64,000 nucleotides of DNA from the IMG/VR virus record IMGVR_UViG_2596583540_000001, positions 1,510 to 65,509 of that record; one strand, 5' to 3'. A program made the position numbers and the translations under genes. Positions within the stretch are counted from its first letter, which is position 1; the number at the start of each line of letters is the position of its first letter. Below the pieces are notes generated by a model. That model worked only from the letters and a program-made list of their open reading frames with translations, ran no database searches and was not told the DNA's origin. The stretch is from a virus (lineage: Duplodnaviria; Caudoviricetes). Shown here piece after piece: positions 9,001 to 16,521 of the stretch.

Positions 9001-11538
9001 ACCATCGTATAAAACAACATGGTCATCATCGCCATATACAATAACGTCGCCTTTTTGTAAATTATCTTCGCTGAATGGAACAACTCTATCACCAGCATCT
9101 TTTACAAGGGTATCTACATTATCTACCCCTTTCTTTGATTCTTCTGCTAAAAATGGATCATAAAAAGAACCTATTTTGCCAACAGCTTCAACACACCCAT
9201 TTGCACCATTTTCCATTGATTGCCCAATCCACGCTTCTGTACCGGCAGATAAGCCATCATTTGACTCTGTATCAAATTCACCAGTGCCGCCTAAATTATC
9301 ATATGCATTTTGTACTTTACTCAGATATTCGTCATCGCCACCACCATTGTAATCTTGTACACCTTTCCACAAATCACCATCGTCATTAGCTATTTTGTCT
9401 TTCAAAACTGCCATGCCTGCTTCTGCATTCTGTTTCGGATCAGTCTGATAGTCTGGATATAAATCTGCAATTTTTGCCCGGCCACCATTGCCATCATTAA
9501 TATCTGTATCTGGTTCAATCTGAAACATGCCCCCACCATCAGACATTTTTATAGCATTGACATCTCCACCGCCTGTTTCAACTGCTGCAACTGCAAGTGC
9601 TACTTTTGGATCAATGCCTGCATTATTTGCAGCATGTTCAATAATTCCGACATTACTATTATCAGAACTTACAGGAATATCGTCAGAATTATTTTCTTTA
9701 TCGGATACAGATTCCATGGGTATATCTTCTTCATTTTCAGATGTTTCTTCTGGCATTGATGACATCATATCATAGGCAGTATTGACACGTTTCGAGTCCC
9801 CACTGCGCAGAGCATCAAACATTGTATTATAATTATCTTCACCTATTGACTCTGGATCTATATTATCCAGATAATCTGAAAGTTCATTTTCTTTAGATAA
9901 TGTATCAACATCAACAGATGAATCAGGCCTCGTTGCTTGGTCATTATTCATTTGTCCATTATCAGTATTTGCCATGGAAGACATTGGCTCTGTTGCTGAT
10001 TGACTGTTTTCTGTTTCATTGGTATTTGGATTTACCGTTGTTTGTGTATCCTGCATTGTCTGATTCCCGGATACAGTATCCGTTTTAGGCACCATTCTAC
10101 TTAAAACACCGCCAGGAATACCCATGGCTGCGCCACCATAGGCACCTCCGAAGAAAGAAGCTACTTGATCAGGTGTCCATGTATCCGGATTCCATAGATC
10201 GCCCGACGGTTGCCCCATTGCATTATTCTGAATTCCTTGCTGTTCTACTTGCTGTAAACCACCAATTGCCGCGTTTGCAGCAAGTCCCGGTACAGCACGA
10301 GGTACAGCAAGTGCTGCACGTTGTGCGATACTTTCACTTGCTGTAGGTGTAAGATTCCCAAATGTTGCACCTTTCATACCCGCATATTCAACAGGAATAG
10401 TTGCCATATCTACACCTAATGCTTTCACAAATACAGGAAAAGCTTTAAGACGCGCATTAGTTTGTGATTCACCATTTTTTACCATATCATTAATAGTACT
10501 TCCGTAACGGGACGCTGCATCAAGGAATGAAGCCGGAGAAGTCTTAATAAAATTAGTAATAATTTCTTGCCCTACTTTACTGGTTGCTGCCCGTTGTAAT
10601 CCAATTCGGGATAATCCTCTAGTAATTGCACCTGTCCCCGTTCCAACGACAGCTTCAGGAAATAGAGCAGCTGTACCGGCAATAGCGGCTGCCGAACCAA
10701 GCCCTGCACCTATATCAAAAGCGAGTCCCATTGGATTAGTGAAATATTCCATAGATGTATAACTTTTAAATTCTGGTCGTTGCATAGATGCATTTACTCT
10801 ATCCATTCCTTCTAAAGGCGCGCTCCATCCAAAATCATTGGCTGCGCCCGCAAGCATGTTGCCAACTCCCGATACAGCACCTTTTAAAACCCCCGTTGCA
10901 TAAGGATGGTCACTATAAAATTGCTGAGATTGTGCAGTTCTTTCTTCTTCCGGCATTGCGGTACCTTGTTCACCATTCATTTCTGGTAAATTAGGCATAG
11001 ATGGGTCTATATCACTATCAAGAGGACGTTGATAGCCATTTCCTATCGGTTCCGGTGTAAGATATTGTTTTGCCGCTTGTGCAATACTATTTAAGGTTTC
11101 ATTTATTCCAGATTGTTGTGATTGAGCTGCTCGTTTCTCTTCTGGCATTGCAGTTCCAAATTCACCGCCTTGTTCGGGTAAATTTGGCATAGAAGGATCT
11201 GCATCACTGTCCAGGGGACGCTGATAACCGTTCCCTATTTGTACTGGAGTAAGATATTCCTGTACTGTTTGTTTTACATTCCCCAAACCATTACTAATCG
11301 CACTTTCGGCAGCATTCGCTGGCTGTGGATTATCGAATCCACTTACATCTACATCTGATGTATCCGGTAATTGCCAATTATCTAATGTGCTTTTAATTTT
11401 ACCAATTATATTATCAAATATCCCCGGTTGATTTTGTGATTCTTCCGATGTATTTTCTTGTCCATCATCAGTAGATTGTATTTGTTTAATATTATCCGGA
11501 TCTCCAACAACAGATTCTAATTCGCTATAAAAAGACAT
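1..11538 (-). CDS. Giant polyvalent/internal virion protein, at least 3846 aa, 3' end outside window. Domains N to C: SLT lysozyme-like (~9310-9650), NlpC/P60-like (~8900-9250), ddrB-like ParB (~6950-8100), LPD5-like (~5500-5890), LPD1-like (~4300-5100), zincin (~3700-4100), LPD3-like (~3150-3560), MuF-C/PBECR-like (~2430-2900), LPD38-like C-terminal region
   Basis: RBS AGGAGG then ATG at 11538 (MSFYSELESVVGD). Same frame is still open at base 1 (VELPSYMKDLYAYYDHPGRT), and the ORF track lists no terminated ORF from this start. Motifs read manually: AVAAVETGG, GCVEAV..HVVLY, LQPRDR..GAP..GNGRT, IEDFGEKIGGARKD, FRGVEFGNW..LAHEWLHALD, YHEAFH. Domain names are from motif recognition, not HMM searches. 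Confidence 0.9.
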   Translation of the reverse strand, partial: MSFYSELESVVGDPDNIKQIQSTDDGQENTSEESQNQPGIFDNIIGKIKSTLDNWQLPDTSDVDVSGFDNPQPANAAESAISNGLGNVKQTVQEYLTPVQIGNGYQRPLDSDADPSMPNLPEQGGEFGTAMPEEKRAAQSQQSGINETLNSIAQAAKQYLTPEPIGNGYQRPLDSDIDPSMPNLPEMNGEQGTAMPEEERTAQSQQFYSDHPYATGVLKGAVSGVGNMLAGAANDFGWSAPLEGMDRVNASMQRPEFKSYTSMEYFTNPMGLAFDIGAGLGSAAAIAGTAALFPEAVVGTGTGAITRGLSRIGLQRAATSKVGQEIITNFIKTSPASFLDAASRYGSTINDMVKNGESQTNARLKAFPVFVKALGVDMATIPVEYAGMKGATFGNLTPTASESIAQRAALAVPRAVPGLAANAAIGGLQQVEQQGIQNNAMGQPSGDLWNPDTWTPDQVASFFGGAYGGAAMGIPGGVLSRMVPKTDTVSGNQTMQDTQTTVNPNTNETENSQSATEPMSSMANTDNGQMNNDQATRPDSSVDVDTLSKENELSDYLDNIDPESIGEDNYNTMFDALRSGDSKRVNTAYDMMSSMPEETSENEEDIPMESVSDKENNSDDIPVSSDNSNVGIIEHAANNAGIDPKVALAVAAVETGGGDVNAIKMSDGGGMFQIEPDTDINDGNGGRAKIADLYPDYQTDPKQNAEAGMAVLKDKIANDDGDLWKGVQDYNGGGDDEYLSKVQNAYDNLGGTGEFDTESNDGLSAGTEAWIGQSMENGANGCVEAVGKIGSFYDPFLAEESKKGVDNVDTLVKDAGDRVVPFSEDNLQKGDVIVYGDDDHVVLYDGDGGYIGNSTSQGKIIHGDDYNKMGGLEPTKIIKTSDTSGTSTDSINSDSTQDNIINQFDKASRQDEQADQKAMNDIVNDDTIDQISNEMAKEEADIQRQENSNPDEKSTLDAMFKGDQNNSPFIDTQENIDTLKNMYGPQIDAMTAQRTADLVLNSLPDNSDEALRDSIKMAGINGDLEAIRNILQNNPQIDLKNADMNTIPIQNVPTPLDLADNNQVPVNNKLRQAVLESKPLAVQTLQDKLKKSHVPDSQIQNALKQQQEDTPSSLLQKSITPKPLEESTNEPFVQDNYLNKKEQLMQHVPTGNVTSVHANTLDKGFNATYKLVPSGDLITSNLTDYSINPKYPIELQPRDRQRGEMRNQVEKMARTIKPELLSDSQFVNQGAPVVNKNGIVLNGNGRTIAIQRAYEGQDRQHKISAAGYKQYLKDNANKFGFTSGQVQAIDNPILVRQVDKEAPIKDIIHSTEGGARLGSAEQAQMDANKLKLSTMNKFVDDGTGEFLNPGNREFRKLAARDIKTEDDSNAIYNDKHEVTPYGVSRIKNAMFAKAYHDNALLAKMSESTDNNSKNILKAMIIAAPDVAKVNYGIDHGTLYKYDISKVMSDASKVLMSLRDAKKPLNFYLKETSLFDASISPEERAILEFVDANKFSTKKISEVYKTICNKIMAVGDPHQAELFGTERPSLENIIERSINEVNNNGQKSLFEQGRENSKETNVGGTESLYAQEHAGNERLFRQENSGVEQKNARGTTGSTGELRLEKQLLKLADDNNIPVNNKLRNDVLANKPLAVQTLQDKLRGKVSTDKQRQPAYDDVQKEIDSMEDALANKYGEDSVIHMGLGDDKDIIPVSSQQKLNALYDQRNGIWENETNAGVGAVVNNIRNDGPVPTEKVADILQNYAHQNKLSISMEGRPKKISYNDFFKDIYGRLANWMVYHSSDNFPEAFLDMDTAQRAAGDFQHSIYGRNPEDVLKQAKNITDTVFKGENNEINRARLGGQAVENTIGNAQSDQAEKQKNTNRENKINNSKNNLETKIENEQSKTTKIEDFGEKIGGARKDIYTSYKKELDDSDKIDTQTKPLSKSFPEPKYDALIKAGADKHAIALVHALRDSISNKPRRDIKYWAQGVDAVKKMAQMILDGKGDEIEKRLYSSGHKGIRDVVSNAKLYEAVGHAHSLKEYTLSEGTYSMYDGKEYNPPKHIWEIVKAQKGQVHFHKTVVDGDTEQQVIDKFKKQYDSIMGDNADNTTKQSFGIYINRGTKEYEICKKIGNRVVLMKDGFKNVKDAVNYRDNHATELEEQLKQMKYVPNERREANEQRVGTNYRKGKDVTPEIFGKAFGFRGVEFGNWVEGKRRQSDLNNAYDSLRDMANIIDVDPEALSLNGQLGLAFGARGIGGKHPAAAHYEPLHNVINLTKNEGAGSLAHEWLHALDYFFGTKRKKDEFLSTASDVRLAAQGSKYYSPEGIRPEIVKKWGDIRKAIYNSGMVKRAEALDQYRSKPYWSKPEELYARAFESYIVDKLKERGESDDYLANIVPASAWEANVKGDREKGYPYVQPKEMPEIRKAFDAFFDTVEQEKTDKGITLYQVAGQNHMIPTNHPEVKRAYDDVAAEVKRAFPAGEFSQDGNLINVDMPNGKRIVVDIKNQIIRNGKEIENAKLAHGVSPKSTISLEGAWRETSLDHLSGLMELSQSSREGTVYHEAFHAAWDMALTRREKDAMLNHYDPIAKKQGVNVNEVMADAFSKYAGMAKPQGIFGKLYHKLIDFANKIKVVLTGTENVHNVMRKIKTNEVWKSEGEQADYIKDEDYSVTNKNITGDTRVPVIDVTDQPKVNVKNNQEKVAIAKSLIGKTFTIIGSEGTGRVASVSDGRHLINSSNLSRQGLATRGKALSVIKNILNNTIYVEKHIDDRHSSGKPYIELFSVVKDGNKLVRFRIVAKEGDKNANQFTIRDAKFYDMIQQKGDVSPSMPQMGMQGGKISPLNTVSVAELLRGVNDREGKPYVNTDGTLNYDVRILGEQKSINQDHLDIKTRDVQEQHLNQDIAKWNNVVDAYDKADKQVWKENNNGRLYRVMDMPLVLQMISKNDKELSVYGSFFEHVLQPKHYGMTTDIIRQLPKAIADPVMVFKTADVNKFVLALELKTDQGASVVVPVQLEKNDNAHHAINVLNTAYARTKQGSSTPNYNWFAANLKAGKLIYANKTKALDWVRAIKGDTLVGPALSSALSNQSILTERDLVNMRNENAGQYSIRENNGQSTNDKSVTPDDITKAVNAITPAGKIKNGFDLSKYGRLVAQYVDDKLKLRSNAELIHTALNQLKGQNLTPLEARREGVSIFGSKYFTDPDLVKEEFPNYYKAFEKSLDNDPALKSKIDNVKSLIDQYQQQNNGMTAFKQRTSVPVNDSNNPLKNLNEQDIKPAVQSVKDTISDGIKDIKDTLAPATAGENAKTMANIMRENLSEMAQKADRAENALHTARSYFSKQSSVDNLDFVNRIETGRGQSTPELQKFAYTLRKMLDERRVAIQQLGTGKLQDFIVNYFPHMWEDPNHAGNLFAAWAGRRPFEGGKSFLKKRSIPTTKQGIESGLKPVSDNPVDIAMLKMREMDKYIMAHNVINEAKARGLTKYIKATSKDIPYNWERIDDRIATVYGAPVDVTGKPIGGLHIRGYYYMPKEAARLINNYLSPGLRTHGRPMSGLYRSYLGAANILNQFQLGLSAFHLGFTSMDATVSKVALGFLKVSHGDIGSGLKDFFHAPIAPVENALRGNKVLKEWYTPGTQGAEVAKLADALVASGGRVQMDKFYRTGMWDKMSDAFNAKNYLGGVWRIPFAIMDKATKPIMEYIVPRQKLGVWADAMRYEMTRKPNMTRDEMRQIGGKIWNSVDNRMGQLAYVNLFWNKTLKDLTMASVRSVGWNLGTFRELGGAGVDTVEQMNNLLHGRHPEMTYKMSYALALPITVGLVGAVTQYLYTGQTPQSIKDLYYPQTGMLDQNGKTQRVELPSYMKDLYAYYDHPGRT
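2318..2346 (+). promoter_or_regulatory. Internal antisense sigma70 promoter 1
   Basis: TTGACA (2318-2323), 17 nt spacer, TATACT (2341-2346). Confidence 0.8.
2353..2426 (+). ncRNA. Putative antisense hairpin sRNA 1
   Basis: AAAGCACTAGAT (2357-2368) pairs with ATCTAGTGCTTT (2413-2424). Inner stems GTGC/GCAC and CAAGGG/TCCTTTG. Ends in a T run directly downstream of the promoter. Confidence 0.6.
3044..3072 (+). promoter_or_regulatory. Internal antisense sigma70 promoter 2
   Basis: TTGACA (3044-3049), 17 nt spacer, TACACT (3067-3072) preceded by extended -10 TGc. Confidence 0.75.
3079..3147 (+). ncRNA. Putative antisense hairpin sRNA 2
   Basis: AAAGGAGAT-A-TCTTCCCA (3083-3100) pairs with TGGGGAGA-C-ATCTCCTTT (3127-3144). 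Inner GCAT/ATGC stem, then a T run. Confidence 0.6.
5907..6050 (-). CDS. Candidate nested +1-frame ORF, 47 aa, basic
   Basis: AAAGGAG-6nt-ATG; MKSIGHAWVDKPLKIQLETPNLTKLKNKKIPTVKTKSIIPKITWKQK. Overlaps a low-complexity linker of the giant protein. Confidence 0.35.
   Translation of the reverse strand: MKSIGHAWVDKPLKIQLETPNLTKLKNKKIPTVKTKSIIPKITWKQK
6616..8367. repeat. Diverged ~95 bp direct repeats (6616-6712 and 8272-8367) flanking the ParB-like module
   Basis: Encode LADNNQVPVNNKLRQAVLESKPLAVQTLQDKL and LADDNNIPVNNKLRNDVLANKPLAVQTLQDKL. Confidence 0.85.
6729..6911 (-). CDS. Candidate nested +1-frame ORF, 60 aa
   Basis: GAGGTG-7nt-ATG. Helical, charged, natural-looking protein, while the host frame here reads as a low-complexity linker. 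Confidence 0.5.
   Translation of the reverse strand: MDKNHYLSKDGKILKKPTLAERKAFMHRNTPEMNAYLDKKTAEWNKKTPEEQRAALGNYD
10920..11260. repeat. Two-copy ~48 aa internal repeat near the N-terminus of the giant protein
   Basis: YLTP..IGNGYQRPLDSD.DPSMPNLPE..GE.GTAMPEE.R.AQSQQ occurs twice. Confidence 0.85.
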
Positions 11539-11547
11539 GTTGACCTC

Positions 11548-13584
11548 CTAAAAATAATCATCCCAGTTAACATCATTTATAATTGATTGAGCCGTATGCG
11601 GTTCCAAATTGTTACTAATTAAATTTTGCATTGCATCTTTACTATAAGGATTACCTAATGCCTTATTTCTATCCAATCTATCTGTTATCCATTCCATTGC
11701 ATCATTATAATTATTGTTGCTAGTAAGAGGAACTAGTCCATAATTGTCAATAACATCTTTGGCCGGTGCATAAGCAGCAGCTAAATCCTTTTTTTCCTCA
11801 TCAGGTGTATCTGGATTATCATATGCTTTTACGATGGACATTGCATTACTAATTGTTTGTCCATTACCACCATTACTACCTTTGTTATTAGCTCTTATAA
11901 TTCCAAGCTTTTCTTGGGTTTCTAGCTTTAATTTTGTTAATGCATATTGGAAATTCTGTGCAGTCTGCATTTCAGACAGCTTATTTTGATGCGCATTATT
12001 CTGAAGTGCCTCACGAACTTTTCCGTTATTATAAATATCTTCCGTAGTATATCCATGCTGCATTTTCATATTTGATTGTTTATACTGCTGTGCTGTTTCT
12101 GCACGCTGACGAGCATCGTTAGTATTGTAATAATTCAATGCTGTTGGCCCTGTCTTAACATATTGTGCACCTAATGTCGGATTATACTGCATTAATTGTG
12201 AAGCCAAAACATTTGCAGTTGGATAATCTCCTTTTGCAACAGCAGCTTGATATGCCGGTACTATCTTATTGGACATATATTGATCATATTGCTGTTCTTT
12301 AAGATCAGCATCAGGTTTTAATCGGTTAATTACTTCATCAATCTGGTTTTGCGGCATTCCCATTGAATGCATTTTCGCAGTAGCATCACTTACCCACTTA
12401 GCAGAACTGAATGGTTGAGGCGTATATTGTATATCAGAAATCGGCTGTCCTGCCTGAAAGTGAGAGTTTACAGCAGTATTATTTGCATTATTTTGTTGTA
12501 TAGCATTTGCTGCCGTATTTTTATCCATTATAGGAATATCGCCTTTTTCCGCTTGTTGTTCTGCCGTAAGCGGATCACCTTTAGTATTCGGATACACCTG
12601 CTGTCCTGTTTGTGGATTTAATTGTACTTCCGATGTTGCAGGCGTTGAACTTGTATTGGTTTGATTAGTTGACTGCATCGCATTTAATATTGTTTGTGCT
12701 TTTTGTGCCTGCTGTGGCGATAATTGTTGTTGAGATCCTAACGGTTGTATAACTCCATTTTGATTTGAAGCTATCGGTTGCTGTTCCGTTATCGGACCAC
12801 CTTGACTTGTAATTGGTCCACTATTTTTATATGCAGAACCGCTATCAGTTGCTATCGGTTGTGATTCAGTTGGTGCATGATTTATAGCTGAAAGATCAGA
12901 AATTTGTTGTTGTAAATCTGTGTTTTTTGATAAATCAGATGTTACTCCACCACTAATAAAATTACTTAAATCAGGCATCTGTCCATCTGTCGTTATTGTA
13001 GAAGGTGCTGGTATTGAAGTATCTGATGATGTTCCATCTACCCCTTCATTAGACAATACAGGCTGTGTCTTTGCATCATTTCCTGATAGAGTCGCAAGTT
13101 TGCTCATATCAATAAGGCCACTACCATTTACATCTCCCTGATTTGTATTAACAAAATCTGCAAAACTAGTTGGATGCGCATAATTGATAGCATTGTTTTT
13201 GGAATACAATGCTGGAATAAATGCCGGTGCCTGATAGGTTATTTGCCGTGTATTAGGATCATATGTCAATTTATTCTTATCATTCGCTAATGCGCTTTGA
13301 AAGTCAGCTGCTTGCTGTCCGTTATCACCCGCACCACTTTCCAATTGTGGAGCTGAAAATGCCTGTGTATCATTTGATATTCCATTTCCATGCATATCAT
13401 CTAAACCACTTGTTGCTGCCACTCCTTTATCAACGCCCCGTTGATTATACTGATTGTTCCATGCTTCTCCCAATAATTGACCTAATGCAAACATAGGGTC
13501 TTTATAAGCATACATAGCAAAACTAGGAACATTAAAACTACTAGGAGAAATTGCAGGATATTGTAATTTATAGTTATTAGGCAT
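11548..13584 (-). CDS. Putative internal virion/ejection protein (Q/N/S-rich)
   Basis: Long ORF with GGAGG RBS before MPNNYK; position between tail tubular gene and giant protein is typical of podovirus ejection genes. Confidence 0.6.
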   Translation of the reverse strand: MPNNYKLQYPAISPSSFNVPSFAMYAYKDPMFALGQLLGEAWNNQYNQRGVDKGVAATSGLDDMHGNGISNDTQAFSAPQLESGAGDNGQQAADFQSALANDKNKLTYDPNTRQITYQAPAFIPALYSKNNAINYAHPTSFADFVNTNQGDVNGSGLIDMSKLATLSGNDAKTQPVLSNEGVDGTSSDTSIPAPSTITTDGQMPDLSNFISGGVTSDLSKNTDLQQQISDLSAINHAPTESQPIATDSGSAYKNSGPITSQGGPITEQQPIASNQNGVIQPLGSQQQLSPQQAQKAQTILNAMQSTNQTNTSSTPATSEVQLNPQTGQQVYPNTKGDPLTAEQQAEKGDIPIMDKNTAANAIQQNNANNTAVNSHFQAGQPISDIQYTPQPFSSAKWVSDATAKMHSMGMPQNQIDEVINRLKPDADLKEQQYDQYMSNKIVPAYQAAVAKGDYPTANVLASQLMQYNPTLGAQYVKTGPTALNYYNTNDARQRAETAQQYKQSNMKMQHGYTTEDIYNNGKVREALQNNAHQNKLSEMQTAQNFQYALTKLKLETQEKLGIIRANNKGSNGGNGQTISNAMSIVKAYDNPDTPDEEKKDLAAAYAPAKDVIDNYGLVPLTSNNNYNDAMEWITDRLDRNKALGNPYSKDAMQNLISNNLEPHTAQSIINDVNWDDYF

Positions 13585-14701
13585 TGTTGTTACCTCCCCA
13601 AATAGCGTTTGAACCACCCTGTGCAATAAATCCATCCGCACAATAGTTGTTGGCACCTGTCAAAGCCATATCATAAACCTTCCGTTCCCCGCTATAAATA
13701 ATACTGATTACCTTTCCTACCCCTTTTAATGCAAGACCAATACTTATTTTCCCTAATTCAACGAAATTACCATCTGCCGCTAAGAATGGCTGCGTAGATG
13801 TTGCGCTTACATAATGCTTACTTTTTCCGTCATCCGTAATGACATTGTATACATCATTATATGTAGCAGGCATAAGTCCTGTGATTGTTTCCGTGCTTTC
13901 CGTCCCATCTGTATGAGGGCAGATTACCTTATCCCCAACCTTCAAACTGTCCATTCGTACATTCCCGTTTGGTGTCTTGATTTTGGTATCTCCCGGAAAA
14001 CAAAATAAACCAGAATTATTTGCAAGTCCGGCAAGAATACCGCCAAATAAACCACTACCGCCACTGGTATTTGCTGAAGAGGTCGTTGTTCCTTTACCTG
14101 ATAAAGCAGATAAGGCACCCGTTGTAGCTCCATTTAATCCCAAAGAAGCATTCCACAAATTTAAAGCCGGTTCTTGGGCTGCTTCCTGCGCTGATGCTGC
14201 TGTTGTAATCGGCTGTTGTGCATTGCTTACTTGTTGGCTGTAAAGGTTTGATAAGGTATTGATGTTATTGTTATATTCCTGTGCCATGGTATTTGCTGCA
14301 CTATCACTTATCCCTTTTAATCCGGTATCAGTAACACTACTATTTAATACTCCTTTATTACCAAGACTGGATAATAAACTTCCCATACTATTTTGAACAC
14401 CGGATTTTATGCTGTTTTCCATAGCTGTTTGATACGATGAAGGCAATTGTCCATTAGCTAAGTTATTTACTCCTGTTTGTGCTGAATTAATTTGTCCCAA
14501 TGCATTATTCAGAAGGCTGTTATAATCTACTTTACTATCACCTAAAGAGTTATATAAAACATTTGCAGCTTTCGTATTTAATGCTAATGCATTCGGTTCA
14601 ACAGCATTTGTATACTCCAATTCTTTGCCAGTCAATGCATCTTCATTAGCAGTAGGTTTATATGACTGTACTGTTGTAGAACTCGAACCTTTGCTACTCA
14701 T
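13577..14701 (-). CDS. Putative ejection protein with C-terminal Hint (intein-like) domain
   Basis: MSSKGSSSTT-type N-terminus; CFPGDTKI..LKVGDKV..VYDM....NNYCADGFIAQ starting at Cys234. Confidence 0.75.
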   Translation of the reverse strand: MSSKGSSSTTVQSYKPTANEDALTGKELEYTNAVEPNALALNTKAANVLYNSLGDSKVDYNSLLNNALGQINSAQTGVNNLANGQLPSSYQTAMENSIKSGVQNSMGSLLSSLGNKGVLNSSVTDTGLKGISDSAANTMAQEYNNNINTLSNLYSQQVSNAQQPITTAASAQEAAQEPALNLWNASLGLNGATTGALSALSGKGTTTSSANTSGGSGLFGGILAGLANNSGLFCFPGDTKIKTPNGNVRMDSLKVGDKVICPHTDGTESTETITGLMPATYNDVYNVITDDGKSKHYVSATSTQPFLAADGNFVELGKISIGLALKGVGKVISIIYSGERKVYDMALTGANNYCADGFIAQGGSNAIWGGNNNA

Positions 14702-14712
14702 ATTATCAACTC

Positions 14713-15168
14713 CTATCCATTAACTGTTTTCCATTTTTTATATTGTTTGTGCATTGCTTGCGTCACATAGTAATAAATTTCTCCATGTACGCCAACATAT
14801 TTAGCAGTAATAACGATTTCTCGATTTTCTTGATCAGAACAGATATATCTTTTAAATCCATTAACGGTAAATTTTTGTTCAATAGTCCACCCAAAATAAC
14901 GAATGTATGGCAGTATATGACGAATACATAGTGTCATAAGAAAATCATATCCATATTGATGTGCTAAGCATTCCATAGTATCTCGCCAAAAATGTGCATC
15001 ATTACATGTGTCTCGAATAAATATAAGCTTTTCATTTGGCAGCATTGTAAATTGACAAAATCCTCTATTAGGTAAATACCACAGTGTAAAATCTTTCAAA
15101 CATTCAAATTTATTGCCTGTTCCCTTTTCATATTCTTGTATCCAGTCTTTCAAGCTTTTTTGTATCAT
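14713..15168 (-). CDS. Phage protein, possibly GNAT-like virion assembly factor
   Basis: 151 aa ORF; synteny with podovirus genes following tail tubular B; YIRYFGW motif. Confidence 0.45.
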   Translation of the reverse strand: MIQKSLKDWIQEYEKGTGNKFECLKDFTLWYLPNRGFCQFTMLPNEKLIFIRDTCNDAHFWRDTMECLAHQYGYDFLMTLCIRHILPYIRYFGWTIEQKFTVNGFKRYICSDQENREIVITAKYVGVHGEIYYYVTQAMHKQYKKWKTVNG

Positions 15169-16517
15169 AAATCCGCCACCTCTAATGCAACATAATCCAC
15201 GGTGAAGCGATCACCTGATTTAATGTTTAATTCTAAGTTATCTGCACTATGACAACATTTAACGTTATTTCTATCATTGCTTGGCACCTTTATATCCAGC
15301 GAGCCATCTATCAATTCTACTTCACCTGCATAATCAGCTGAAAACTTAGTATCAATAGATGTCAATAATACTTTATTCGCTCCAATAATAGATTTTAATT
15401 TAATTTCATAATCTATCTTTTTACCATCGTCATCTGTATATTCGTCACTCCACTTATAAATGTTATTGTTAGAAGCGACCAGTATATCATTGGAAGTTTC
15501 ACAAATACTGGCTATGGGAATATTAAATTTTAATATTGTTGCAGCTCCTACTAAATAGTTATATGCAACAAAATACGTCCAATCTGAGGTTGAACGTATT
15601 AGCAGCATACTATGTCGTTTTAAATGAAAAACTCGTGGTTCAAACATATTAGAGGTAATGAGTTTATTGAATTTATCTCCTATGTCATTTGTTGCAATGT
15701 TTCCATATTCTTCTACCGCTGCCATTGTTTTTAATCCACGAATAGAGAGGAATATAACAGAATTACCAATATTCACAGCGCAGTTTGTACCAACAGTGTC
15801 AGTATCGCAGGATATTTCCGTTACTTCCCAGTTAGAGGGATCGGCATCCCCAGATAGTTGATATATCTTTCCATTTGATTTAAGAAAAATAATGTCAGTA
15901 GCAAGTGGAACAATACCAATAATAGTCCCACTATCACCATACCCAACATCTAACCATTGTTCTTTATTTGACATGTTAGTATCCTCTGTCCATGACGTAC
16001 CATCGCCAACCTCGGAAATATAAAATCCGTCGGTTCCATCCATGGACACCGCAAGTCTGGAGAATCGTTGGAATACAAGATTACATATAGGGCTTGATGT
16101 TACCGTACCTAATTGTCCCTTTTCTGAATAATCATAATATTGTAAATGACCACCAGAAGCTATCCATATTTTATCTTGAAACTTTGCACACGTAGGATTG
16201 TCTGATCCATTTAAATCTCCGATAAAAGTAGGTGTCTGCCCCACCACATAGGAATATGCTTTAAAGGTATTCGTAAATAATAACAATACATTTGTATCAA
16301 CGTCATACCATATATCACGAATACTATCATCCATTGCATATAATTTTCCAATACCATCACGTCCTGTAAGACGATTACTATCTCGGCTATATACAAAATT
16401 AATGCATTGCTGCATATCAGCATCTCCTATTTGCTCAGGCGCTTGTGATACATTAATACCACCCGTTAAACCTACAAACGTTGTTTTTGTTACGGTATGC
16501 TTATTAAATCGTTTCAT
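15165..16517 (-). CDS. Tail tubular/nozzle (stabilization) protein
   Basis: F.GLTGGIN N-terminus, beta-propeller-like composition, synteny; likely start MKRFNKH. Confidence 0.65.
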   Translation of the reverse strand: MKRFNKHTVTKTTFVGLTGGINVSQAPEQIGDADMQQCINFVYSRDSNRLTGRDGIGKLYAMDDSIRDIWYDVDTNVLLLFTNTFKAYSYVVGQTPTFIGDLNGSDNPTCAKFQDKIWIASGGHLQYYDYSEKGQLGTVTSSPICNLVFQRFSRLAVSMDGTDGFYISEVGDGTSWTEDTNMSNKEQWLDVGYGDSGTIIGIVPLATDIIFLKSNGKIYQLSGDADPSNWEVTEISCDTDTVGTNCAVNIGNSVIFLSIRGLKTMAAVEEYGNIATNDIGDKFNKLITSNMFEPRVFHLKRHSMLLIRSTSDWTYFVAYNYLVGAATILKFNIPIASICETSNDILVASNNNIYKWSDEYTDDDGKKIDYEIKLKSIIGANKVLLTSIDTKFSADYAGEVELIDGSLDIKVPSNDRNNVKCCHSADNLELNIKSGDRFTVDYVALEVADL

Positions 16518-16521
16518 CACA

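Noticed and set aside
6374-9790. Other plus-strand TTGACA hexamers (about 6374, 8339, 9782) as more antisense promoters
   Set aside because: No -10 element at 16-18 nt and no following hairpin
189-10994. Many short plus-strand ORFs over the giant gene
   Set aside because: Antisense shadows of the long minus-strand ORF; no RBS or recognisable motifs noticed
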